Source of the DNA: Vulcanimicrobiota bacterium
GTDB lineage: Bacteria > Vulcanimicrobiota > Vulcanimicrobiia > Eremiobacterales > Eremiobacteraceae
Direction: 5' to 3'
DNA length: 64,000 nt
Assembly (NCBI GenBank): GCA_963812135.1
Contig: CAWETU010000001.1
Coordinates: 2,112,001-2,176,000 of the forward strand
Shown piece after piece: positions 20,113 through 28,855 of the stretch (its first letter is position 1; every line of letters starts with the position of its first letter). The position numbers were made by a program, and so were the translations under genes. Below the pieces are notes generated by a model. The model worked only from the letters and a program-made list of their open reading frames with translations, was not told where the DNA came from and did no database searches.

Positions 20113-21114
20113 TTACGCTAGAACCTTTGAAAGCTCGACCAGGGAACGGTCGTACCGGTACACGATGCCCATGTGGCCGTCGTCAAATTCCTCGTACGTA
20201 TAGGTGACGCCGAGGTCATCAAAGCGCTTGCAGAGGATGCGCGCGCCCAGCTGCAGCTGGAATTCATCGTGCAGGCCCGCGTCGAGGAAGATGCGCTTCA
20301 TCGAAAGCAATGCGGGGGCGCGCTCGGTCGCCATGACCACCGGATCGTTGTCAAGCCAGCGCTGCCAGACGTCCTGACGCAGCTCACCGGTGTGCAGGTC
20401 GACCGGCACGTCGAAGCCGAGCGGCGCGTTCGGGTTGGGCGAATAGCAGGCCGCCATTGCGAGGATGTTCAGGACGTCGAACGCGACGCTCTTCTTGGGC
20501 AGTTTCGTGAACTGCTCGTAGAACGACTCGACCGTGCCGCCATATTTTTGGATGCCGAGCACGAACTTCGGGAAATCGAGGAAATAGCAGTATTGGAAAT
20601 AGGCGTCGCCGGCGTGCGAACCGAGCGCGCCGAAGACGTGGGGATGGCGCATCGCCAAACGCAGCGCGCCATAGCCGCCGCTCGATTTGCCGGTGACGCC
20701 GCGATGTTCGCGCCCCGGTTGCGTGCGCAGCTTTTCGTCGACGAACGGCACGATCTCGTCGATGAGATAATCTTCGTAGCGTCCGGTCGCGGTCGAGTTC
20801 GTGTACTGGCTTCCGCCGAAGCGCGTCATGCAATCGGGCAGCACCAAGATGATCGGCGGCATCGCGCCGCTGCCGATCAGCCGGTCGAGCCGCGTATCGA
20901 TCGCTTCGTCGAACGCACTCGCGTTGAGCATCATGCGGCCCGTGCCGGTGAATCCCGCCAAAAAGTAGATGACCGGATAGCGTGTATCGCCGTCGTCGTA
21001 GCCCGGCGGCAGATAGCAGTACACGTCGCGTTCGTATGGGTCGCCAGACGCGTTGCCCTGGAGGACGCGTGAAACGTGTCTGAGAACGTCGATTCTTCCC
21101 TGTCGCGCCGGCAT
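20113..21114 (-). CDS. putative esterase, enterochelin esterase-like alpha/beta hydrolase
   Basis: YLPPGY..RYPVIY, GKSSGGYGA, DAG..DEF, GH. Confidence 0.88.
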   Translation of the reverse strand: MPARQGRIDVLRHVSRVLQGNASGDPYERDVYCYLPPGYDDGDTRYPVIYFLAGFTGTGRMMLNASAFDEAIDTRLDRLIGSGAMPPIILVLPDCMTRFGGSQYTNSTATGRYEDYLIDEIVPFVDEKLRTQPGREHRGVTGKSSGGYGALRLAMRHPHVFGALGSHAGDAYFQYCYFLDFPKFVLGIQKYGGTVESFYEQFTKLPKKSVAFDVLNILAMAACYSPNPNAPLGFDVPVDLHTGELRQDVWQRWLDNDPVVMATERAPALLSMKRIFLDAGLHDEFQLQLGARILCKRFDDLGVTYTYEEFDDGHMGIVYRYDRSLVELSKVLA

Positions 21115-21166
21115 GCGCGGGCGTCTTGCGCGCCACCGCCGGATTCGCCTGCCAATAAAGGGAGTT

Positions 21167-22309
21167 ATGATCGATCGCGAACGCATGACCGGCTTCGTCA
21201 TGGACTTGATGCGCACCGACAGCCTTTCCAAAGAAGAGGGCGCTGTGGCGCAGATGCTCGTCGCGGCGTTGCGCGATGTGGGTGCCGAGGTGCGGGTCGA
21301 TGACGCAGGCGCTGCGGTGGGCGGCTCGACAGGCAATGTCATCGCGCGCTTGCCGGGCACCGTCCCTTTGGCGCCGCCCCTTCTGTTGAACTCTCACATG
21401 GACACCGTGCCGCCAGGCAGAGGCGTGAAACCCGTGCGCGAGGACGGACGTATCCGCTCCGACGGCACCACGATTCTGGGCGGCGACGACAAGAGCGGCG
21501 TGGCGGTGATCGTCGAGGTGTTGCGCACGCTTGTGGATCGCACCCTCCCACATGGCGACGTCGAAGTCGCGTTCACGATCTGCGAAGAAGTAGGCCTGCT
21601 CGGCGCCAAGCATCTCGATCTTTCTTCTCTGCGCGCGCGCGAAGCGCTGGTGCTGGACGCGTCGTCTCCCGCGGAGCTGGTCACCAAGGCGCCTTCGGCA
21701 GACCGTTTCGAATTTGTCGTCCATGGATTGGCCGCGCACGCGGGGATGGCACCGGAGCTCGGCATCTCCGCGCTGCGCGTGGCCGCCGAAGCGATCGCCG
21801 CGATGCCGCTTGGGCGCATCGATCCGGAGACGACGAGCAACGTCATCATCGGCGAAGGAGGCACGGCGGTCAACGTGGTGCCCGACCGCGTCGTCATCCG
21901 CGGCGAAGTCCGTTCGCACGACGATGCGAAGCTCGATCATGTGACGTCGACCATTCGGCGCGAGTTGCAAGACGCAGCCTCTCGGGCATTCGTCACGACC
22001 AACGGTACGATTTCGCGCGCGTGGATCGAAGAACGCTGCGAGCGCGAATACACGCGCATGGCGGTGACCGATGACGCCGCGGTGGTGAGTTTGGTCTTGG
22101 CGGCGGCGAAGGATCTGAACGTTCCGATGCGCACGGTGACCATTGGCGGCGGATCGGATGCGAACGTCTTCAATGCGAAAGGCATGCCTGCAGCGATCCT
22201 CGGGACCGGCATGCGCGAGATCCACACCGTGCACGAATGGCTCGACCTCGGCGACTTCTACACGTGCGCCGATCTCGTCTTGCGCGCGCTGACGCTGCGC
22301 GCGGCGTAG
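21167..22309 (+). CDS. M20 family peptidase T-like metallohydrolase
   Basis: SHMDTV, GGDDKSG, CEEVGL, AHAG, GGGSDAN, IHT..E. Confidence 0.9.
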   Translation: MIDRERMTGFVMDLMRTDSLSKEEGAVAQMLVAALRDVGAEVRVDDAGAAVGGSTGNVIARLPGTVPLAPPLLLNSHMDTVPPGRGVKPVREDGRIRSDGTTILGGDDKSGVAVIVEVLRTLVDRTLPHGDVEVAFTICEEVGLLGAKHLDLSSLRAREALVLDASSPAELVTKAPSADRFEFVVHGLAAHAGMAPELGISALRVAAEAIAAMPLGRIDPETTSNVIIGEGGTAVNVVPDRVVIRGEVRSHDDAKLDHVTSTIRRELQDAASRAFVTTNGTISRAWIEERCEREYTRMAVTDDAAVVSLVLAAAKDLNVPMRTVTIGGGSDANVFNAKGMPAAILGTGMREIHTVHEWLDLGDFYTCADLVLRALTLRAA

Positions 22310-22313
22310 GCTC

Positions 22314-23054
22314 ATGGCGGTACGGCGCTACGGCTCGTGGACCGGCTCGGATACACCGGCGGTCTTCGCGCTGCTCGTCATCATGGCGGTCTTCTTCATC
22401 GTCGGGTTCTTCGGCTTAGGCGCCGATCTCGAGTATTGGTTGGCGTGGCCCATCTCGCCGCTGTGGCTCACCACGCTGAAATTCTGGCAGATGGTCACGT
22501 TCCCGTTCGTGCACAACAGCATCTTCTCGTTCATCTTCGATGCGCTCGTCATCTTCTTCTTCGGCGGATCGCTGGAGCGCGCGTGGGGCTCGGCGCGATT
22601 CGTGGCCTTCTTCTTCATGTGCGGCATTGTCGCCGGATTGACGGTGCTGGGCCTGACGTTCCTAGGGATGCCACCCGGCTTTTTCATCGGCATGACGGGG
22701 CACTTCGTGGGCCTCGGTGTGGCGTTCGGCGCGCTCAACCCGTACGCGCGCATCTACATCTACTTCGTATTGCCGGTCGAGGGGCGCTGGCTCGGCGTCA
22801 TCAGCATTTTCCTCGAGCTGTTCGTGAACTACGGTTCGTATGGCTCGCCGATCAATGCGGTGATCGCGATCGGCGTGAGCGCGCTGTTCGCTTGGACGTT
22901 CACACGCGGTTTCTCGTTCGGACCGCGCGGCGGTGGCGGCGGACCCGGTTTCAAGGAACGCTTCGAGCGCTGGCGTCAGCGCCAGCGGATGCGCGCATGG
23001 CAGCGTAAGGTGTCGAAGATCGACAAGCCCGAGGATCTCTTCAAAGACAGGTAG
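22314..23054 (+). CDS. rhomboid-like membrane protein, catalytic dyad apparently absent
   Basis: WQMVTFPFVH, FFGGSLERAWG..RF; IGMTG in place of GxSG. Confidence 0.75.
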   Translation: MAVRRYGSWTGSDTPAVFALLVIMAVFFIVGFFGLGADLEYWLAWPISPLWLTTLKFWQMVTFPFVHNSIFSFIFDALVIFFFGGSLERAWGSARFVAFFFMCGIVAGLTVLGLTFLGMPPGFFIGMTGHFVGLGVAFGALNPYARIYIYFVLPVEGRWLGVISIFLELFVNYGSYGSPINAVIAIGVSALFAWTFTRGFSFGPRGGGGGPGFKERFERWRQRQRMRAWQRKVSKIDKPEDLFKDR

Positions 23055-23075
23055 TCCTCATTGGGTTATAAATGA

Positions 23076-23612
23076 TTAATGTAGGGGGATCAACGCGAAG
23101 GATCGCTGGAATTTGTCGACTCCGGACGGACGGCTTTCGAGCGGATACGTTGTGAATAGCTCGTACACGATATGTTCGGAGTAGAACACGCGCAACGTCT
23201 GAGCCAGAGGATTGCCTTGCGTCCGGTAGACCACATCGCGCCCCGTCAGGCCATTTAGCGTCACGGGTCTGCTCGCGGTGACGACGATACCTGGTTTCTT
23301 TACGATGTGATCGACCCAATCGTCGACGTTGAAACTATCAGAAGTCAGTCGGCGCAGGTCGAGGATCTTCACGAAAAAGCCATACGTTCCGGCGTCCACT
23401 TCGAACGTGATCTCTTGCGCGGGGCCGGCGTCTGTCTGCGACGTGCTTTCGGTCCGGACGGGCGCCTTTGGCGCCTCGAACGAGAACCCGAGGTCGGGAT
23501 AGCGATACACCGACCAATTCGTCTGAGCCGACGCGCCCTGTGCGGCGGAAGCGGGCGCAGGTGCGAGAGCGAGCAAGAGACCGATTAGCGAGGCGGTGGT
23601 GCAAAACGACAT
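23076..23612 (-). CDS. secreted hypothetical protein, possibly PsbP-like fold
   Basis: GAGG RBS, signal peptide, W..Y..DLGFSF.P and F..SF C-terminus. Confidence 0.7.
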   Translation of the reverse strand: MSFCTTASLIGLLLALAPAPASAAQGASAQTNWSVYRYPDLGFSFEAPKAPVRTESTSQTDAGPAQEITFEVDAGTYGFFVKILDLRRLTSDSFNVDDWVDHIVKKPGIVVTASRPVTLNGLTGRDVVYRTQGNPLAQTLRVFYSEHIVYELFTTYPLESRPSGVDKFQRSFALIPLH

Positions 23613-23705
23613 GACTACCTCAAAAACAAAAGCTGCCCAACTTTAAGTACGACAAGCGTACCGGGGCAGCGGTTCAGTCGCTTACGCTCTTCTGCTATTA
23701 TACCA
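23613..23705 (-). promoter_or_regulatory. extended -10 promoter plus structured leader with terminator-like hairpin
   Basis: TGGTATAAT at 23705-23697; GCTGCCC..GGGCAGC stem (23632-23670) followed by TTTTGTTTTT just before the RBS. Confidence 0.5.
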
Positions 23706-23725
23706 TGGCTGATGAGCCGAGCGCG

Positions 23726-24712
23726 TCACTGTTCTGCTGGCGCGGGTTTCTCGTTCGGTGCGGCTTTGCCGGTGCGCACGATCTCTTCGAGCGCCGCTCG
23801 GTTGAGCATCACGACGCGACCGCGGCGCAGCTCGATCGCGCCCATGTCTTCCAAGTGCGACAGCGCGCGGCTCCCCATGTCGCGCACGGTGCCGACGCGG
23901 GCCGCAAGATCGGACTGTGTGATGCGCTCGACGCCGCTAACTCCCGGAGCCATGCCTTCTTGGGGCGAGGCGTAGTCGAGCAAGACGCGCGCGATGCGCG
24001 TCAGCACGCGGCCAAAGGCTAGGTTGCCGGCCGCGCTGGTGAGGCGGCGTTGGCGCTGCGCGAAGAAGCGCGCGACACCGGTCGCCACTTCTGGACTGCG
24101 CGTGATGAGCTGGCGCATGAACTGCGCCGGGATCTCCAACACGTCGACATCGCCGCGCGCGATGACGGTGACTTCGGCCGTGCCTTCGTCGAAGACAGCC
24201 GCTTCGTTGAATCCGCCATAGGATGGCACGTCGTACAGCACGATCTCGCGATCTTCATCGGTCGCGCGGGTCACTTCGACGACGCCGCGGCGCACCAGCC
24301 CGAATTCGGTCCAGGTCGTGCCTTCCGCGACGATGACCATGCGGTCGTGATACGTGCGTTCTTTGGCGACGCGATCGATCTCGCGCAGCGTCTCTTGCGT
24401 CGCGGTCTTGAACATCGTGCAACGCCGCAGGTACGCGATGCGCGGCGCCTCGCCGCCGAGCGCGGGTTCGGGGAGTCGCGTTATGCGGATGACCCAGCGG
24501 CCATCGCCCGCGTTGCGCGAATCCCACAGCAAGACGCCTTCGCGATCGCCTTCGACCGTGGTGCGCAGCGCCTTCGGCTCGTGGTCGTTGATGAATTCGA
24601 CGACTTGATTCGGCGCGAGGCGGTCGAACGCCATGAGCATGCGATCGTGCCGCTCCCATGTGGGAAGCGGCCGTAGATCGATGCGTTCGACTGGCTCAGG
24701 ATGCGTGCTCAT
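23726..24712 (-). CDS. DUF2249 domain fused to a Crp/Fnr family regulator
   Basis: IDLRPLP..RH..F..L...INDHEP (DUF2249), cNMP-binding domain, C-terminal HTH ITQSDLAARVGTVRD..SRAL. Confidence 0.85.
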   Translation of the reverse strand: MSTHPEPVERIDLRPLPTWERHDRMLMAFDRLAPNQVVEFINDHEPKALRTTVEGDREGVLLWDSRNAGDGRWVIRITRLPEPALGGEAPRIAYLRRCTMFKTATQETLREIDRVAKERTYHDRMVIVAEGTTWTEFGLVRRGVVEVTRATDEDREIVLYDVPSYGGFNEAAVFDEGTAEVTVIARGDVDVLEIPAQFMRQLITRSPEVATGVARFFAQRQRRLTSAAGNLAFGRVLTRIARVLLDYASPQEGMAPGVSGVERITQSDLAARVGTVRDMGSRALSHLEDMGAIELRRGRVVMLNRAALEEIVRTGKAAPNEKPAPAEQ

Positions 24713-24763
24713 CTGTTCCGGCGGCTCGGTTCGCGGCTACGTCGGGGGAATCCCGGGGCGGGG

Positions 24764-26674
24764 CTACCAGCGATAGGCCTCGATCGCCGCCCATTGGTCG
24801 GGCGTCGTGCCCTGGTAGTCGAAGAACATCTCGCCGATGGCGCCAGCCGATCTGGCCCCGCCCAAACACCAGTGCAGCTCCGAGGATGAGGGCTTGCCGG
24901 TCCGTCCCAGATCCGTGCTTTGCCCGGCGACATTGACGGGGAGGTTTCGGCCGGCGAGCTGTTTCGTCATCGCGACCGCGTCGGCGCAATTGCCGGCCAC
25001 ATCGGTCTGCGCATAATCATGCGAGCGGCGGAAATGATGCCAGTATTCCATCGGCTGCATGACGCTCGCATATCGCGCGATGCGCGAATACGGATAATCG
25101 TCGTTCGTCCAGTGCGTCATATGCGGCGAAATGACGGTCGCGATCAGCAGGTAGTCAGGGCCGACGGCAGCGCGGGTCATCTGCATGTAATCGGCCATGC
25201 GTTCGCGCGCGATCGCGCCGTAGCCCATGTAGTTGTCCCCGGGCTCGAGGTCGAGCGCCATGCCCGCAAACCCATTGCCTGCAGGCGTCGTGTAACGCGC
25301 CATGGCGACCGACTGCGCGACGTCGTCTGATGAATTGCGCCGCGGCACGGACCACGCGATCACCTTGATGCCCGCCGCCGCCGCGTTGTCGATGATGCGA
25401 TCGAACCACGCGCGCGCCTGCGGACTTGCCGCTTCGGCGAACGTGCCCCGGGAAGTGCGCAGCTCGATCTCGGAGACGCCGGCTTTGGCTGCTTGCGCGA
25501 TCACCGTATCAGGATCGAATTGCGAGTACGAGTTCGGGTCATTCGTGTCGGGCGAAAAGAACAAGAACATGCCTTTGCCGGCGATCGCGTCCAAGCTCGT
25601 GTCCGCCATCGGCGCAGGCGTGTCGACTTCGCCCGTGCTGGCTTTCGCGCTGCCTGACGAGAGATCGGCGACGACCGAATAGTCGTACGCGCTCGCGGGC
25701 TCGACGTGGCTGTCGCGCCACGCGTGGCCGGCGGCTGAAACGACGGCGACCAGCGTGCCGGAGCCGCCGCCGGCTGGGCGGCGATAGACGCGATAGCCTC
25801 GGATCCCCGACAAACCTTGAAGGTGGGTCCAGCCGACCGCGATCAGGTGCGGCCCAATCGCCTGTGCCACGGTTTCGAAGGTCGCGACGTCCGAGGGCGG
25901 TGCCGGCAAGGAAAGCGTCGCGGTCGCTGCGGTCGGGCTGACCGCGACGGCGTTCACGTCGACGGCTTCGGCGCCGTCGGTGGTCACAATGGCGCCGGGC
26001 GTTTGGCGCAGCCATGGATCCAGCGGAACCACTTCGCCGGGCGCGGCGTTGATTTCGACATCCGCGCGCAGGCGCGGCTGCTCTGTCCCTGATTCGTCTG
26101 AGAAAAGCCCGACGACTTCGGTCTGCCACGTGCCGTCGGCGGTGAGCTGCCATGGTTGCGCCTGCAGCGTGAATCCGCCGTTCGTGGCGCGCAATGGTTT
26201 CGTCGCCGCGGGCCGCGGCATGCGCTCGATCGGGGGCGGTGCGGACTGTGGTGATATCGTCGGTGCTTGCGCGATCGTTCTCGGAAGCGCGACAGTCGAC
26301 TCACCGGCGGTTTGCGCGGTGCGATGGGTGCGCTCCGGTCGCGCGCGAACCGCGACGCGATGAGGTTGCGCCGTCCGCGAATGAGCGACGATGCCGCGGG
26401 TAACGGGAGGGGCGCTGATGGCCAGGATGACCGCGAAGCCGATCGCAAGCGCTGTCGACCCGAGAACCGCTGCGGCGCCCGCTCGCGCGAGCAGCCCGGC
26501 GCGCGGGGCCGGACGCGAAGGCGCGGCCGGCGCTTGTGCGACCGCGTCGCCCAAATACTCGCGCCTGCGACGTTCGATCGTCGCGAATTCCGCGCGCCTG
26601 CCGCGTACCAGCGTATACCGCGGCGCATATGGCGATTTCCGCCTGGGATTAGCGCTCACTCGGCTGCCCTTCAA
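24764..26674 (-). CDS. membrane-anchored protein with FnIII-like domain and C-terminal glycoside hydrolase-like barrel
   Basis: TM helix, Pro-rich linker, GYRVYRR..W.D..V....Y.Y.V, GKGMF..GIKVIAW..LDLE..PMEYW. The true start may be ATG 26705 (AAGGAGG RBS) if a +1 error lies between. Confidence 0.7.
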   Translation of the reverse strand: MKGSRVSANPRRKSPYAPRYTLVRGRRAEFATIERRRREYLGDAVAQAPAAPSRPAPRAGLLARAGAAAVLGSTALAIGFAVILAISAPPVTRGIVAHSRTAQPHRVAVRARPERTHRTAQTAGESTVALPRTIAQAPTISPQSAPPPIERMPRPAATKPLRATNGGFTLQAQPWQLTADGTWQTEVVGLFSDESGTEQPRLRADVEINAAPGEVVPLDPWLRQTPGAIVTTDGAEAVDVNAVAVSPTAATATLSLPAPPSDVATFETVAQAIGPHLIAVGWTHLQGLSGIRGYRVYRRPAGGGSGTLVAVVSAAGHAWRDSHVEPASAYDYSVVADLSSGSAKASTGEVDTPAPMADTSLDAIAGKGMFLFFSPDTNDPNSYSQFDPDTVIAQAAKAGVSEIELRTSRGTFAEAASPQARAWFDRIIDNAAAAGIKVIAWSVPRRNSSDDVAQSVAMARYTTPAGNGFAGMALDLEPGDNYMGYGAIARERMADYMQMTRAAVGPDYLLIATVISPHMTHWTNDDYPYSRIARYASVMQPMEYWHHFRRSHDYAQTDVAGNCADAVAMTKQLAGRNLPVNVAGQSTDLGRTGKPSSSELHWCLGGARSAGAIGEMFFDYQGTTPDQWAAIEAYRW

Positions 26675-26834
26675 GCCCGGATGCTCCTCGATTTAGCATC
26701 GTCATGATAGGCCTCCTTGTGGAGGAGTCGAGCGTGAGGTCACACTTGCAAACCTAGAAAACCCTTAAAGAGCGCTGAAAGCAGAACGTTCGCGAAGGGT
26801 ACAAGCGTTGAACGGATGGAAAAGTAATAACCAT

Positions 26835-27545
26835 ATGGCTCAACGTCGCTTCAAGACCCCGTCTCTCATCGCGTTTGCGCTCGCCGCCGCGTCTTTGGTC
26901 GCAGGCTTTGCGCAAGCCGCATCGTCGGCCGTACCGCCGACGCCGCGCCCGACGGCAGCGTCGAGCGCCGAATCCATCGTCGAGCTGATCGTCAACCGCA
27001 ACCCCGGCTTGAAATCATACGTGGCCGCGGCGCATCTCGATCTGCGCCAAGTGAGTTTTCCGTACTTGCACCCGGTGCTTGACGGGCACGCGTACGTCTT
27101 AGCCCCGGGGTATACGACCTTTGACTACCCGCACACGCCGTTCTATCTCAAGGGCCTCACGAAATTCCAGGGCGCGTTCGGCGACGCGACGCGCTGGCCG
27201 CGCTGCTATGACATGACGATCGTGGAGCAGCCGAGTGCTTATTCGTTGCACATGGTGCCCAAGATCCAAGGTGAGATCGCGTTCATCGACGTGCTGCTCG
27301 GGCTCGACGGTGCGATCAATCACGTCGAATGGCACTATCGCGACAACATAAACGATCGTCTCGTGCTGAACCAGCAGTACTCAACCGTTGACGGGCACAA
27401 CGTGGTGACCTCGCAGACGTCCGACGTGACGTTGCATCACATCCGCGCGCGAGGCACGCAGACCTTCAGCAGCTTCGAATTCAACGTGCCGGTGCCGACG
27501 CCGACACCGACGCCGTCAGACCCCGCGCACGCCTGCGATAACTAG
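26835..27545 (+). CDS. secreted hypothetical protein
   Basis: Signal peptide, beta-rich body, PTPTP tail. Confidence 0.72.
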   Translation: MAQRRFKTPSLIAFALAAASLVAGFAQAASSAVPPTPRPTAASSAESIVELIVNRNPGLKSYVAAAHLDLRQVSFPYLHPVLDGHAYVLAPGYTTFDYPHTPFYLKGLTKFQGAFGDATRWPRCYDMTIVEQPSAYSLHMVPKIQGEIAFIDVLLGLDGAINHVEWHYRDNINDRLVLNQQYSTVDGHNVVTSQTSDVTLHHIRARGTQTFSSFEFNVPVPTPTPTPSDPAHACDN

Positions 27546-27560
27546 CCGCTTACCCGGAGA

Positions 27561-27959
27561 TCAATACGCCTTCCACGTTGAGCCGTCGCTCCATTTGACC
27601 GCGACGGCCGAGCAGCTTGACGTCTGCTTCCCGGCGTACGTCACGTCGTTGTAGAGGTCGAAGTGGTGGTCGATCTGCGTGTTCGGCTGAAAACTGCCGA
27701 CGTCGGTCACTCTGCGCAAGAACTTATTCTCGGCGTTGCGGTACCCGACGGCAAACGTGACGCTTTTTGCCGTCTTGGATCCGTTGACGACGTAGACGAT
27801 CTGGGTCCCGCCGGCGAGTTTGCTCAGCGGCTTCGGATTCGTCACAAAACAATGGTCGACGCTGATCGGGTTCGTCGCTGCGCGAACCGAAACGCTCGCC
27901 GCAGGCAGGATGGCCGCGACCGCCGCCAATGAGAGCAGCGCGGTAAGTGGTTTGGTCAT
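27561..27959 (-). CDS. secreted small beta-domain protein, paralog of the 33359-34108 N-domain
   Basis: GGAGG RBS, signal peptide, DVGSF.P...I.H and C..V.W.DGS.W. Confidence 0.75.
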   Translation of the reverse strand: MTKPLTALLSLAAVAAILPAASVSVRAATNPISVDHCFVTNPKPLSKLAGGTQIVYVVNGSKTAKSVTFAVGYRNAENKFLRRVTDVGSFQPNTQIDHHFDLYNDVTYAGKQTSSCSAVAVKWSDGSTWKAY

Positions 27960-28045
27960 GCCGGGTCCTCCTTCAATCGCTCGTCGCGTGACAAGAGACT
28001 GCGACAGAACCCGGCAAATGACCTCGATGAACCGAGCCTGTCCGG

Positions 28046-28690
28046 TTAGCGAACAACCGCGGGTTCTTTTGCGGTGTTCCAATCAGCGGTCACTTGTGCG
28101 ATGGTGCGCAGCTGACGCTCCGGGTCCGTCGCGTACCACGCCTTGAAGTACTCGAGCCCGGCGTCATGCGCCTCTTGCGTAAACGCCGCCAACGCGTCGG
28201 TGACCCACACGAGGTCGTAACCGCGCTGGAAGGCGTCGCCGGACGTGTGGCGCGCGCAACAATCGGTGTGCAGACCGACGATGTACAGCCGCGTGATCCC
28301 GCGTTCGCGCAGCACGTCGTCAATCTCGCTGCTCACGAATGGGCTGTACGTCTGTTTGTCGAGCACGATGTCGCCGGGTTTGGGAGCGAGCTCGGGGACG
28401 ATCTCCGCTTGCTTCGTGCCGGCCATCGAATGCGGCGGCCACTTGCGCAGCTCGCTGTCGTCAGGCGTGTGGGCATCGGTCGCGTAGATGACCGTGACCC
28501 CGGCGTCGCGCGCGGCGTCGAGCAGACGTGCGAGGCCCGGCACTATGGACTGTGCGACCTTTTGATATTCGGGTCCGCCGGCGTCGGCGATCGTGCCGCC
28601 TGGATAGACGAAGTCGTTGGCCAGGTCGATGACGATGACGGCGCTGGTCCGCGGATCGATGGTGGACTGATCGGATGTGTTGTTCGACAT
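28046..28690 (-). CDS. isochorismatase-family cysteine hydrolase
   Basis: VIDLANDF, D.H, K..YSPF, GLHTDCC triad. Confidence 0.9.
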   Translation of the reverse strand: MSNNTSDQSTIDPRTSAVIVIDLANDFVYPGGTIADAGGPEYQKVAQSIVPGLARLLDAARDAGVTVIYATDAHTPDDSELRKWPPHSMAGTKQAEIVPELAPKPGDIVLDKQTYSPFVSSEIDDVLRERGITRLYIVGLHTDCCARHTSGDAFQRGYDLVWVTDALAAFTQEAHDAGLEYFKAWYATDPERQLRTIAQVTADWNTAKEPAVVR

Positions 28691-28855
28691 GTGAGAATCT
28701 CCCATTGTTGAGTGACCACGCGCCGAGGGGCCGTTTGGGCAACGCCTGAGCCGTCGGGGTTGACGGCTGCTCTCAGCGGGGAACGCATTCGCGTCGCTGG
28801 GCTACTCTCGCGGGGCGTGAACGGATTCCTGCGGCGCGTGTGGAAATCCGCAATC

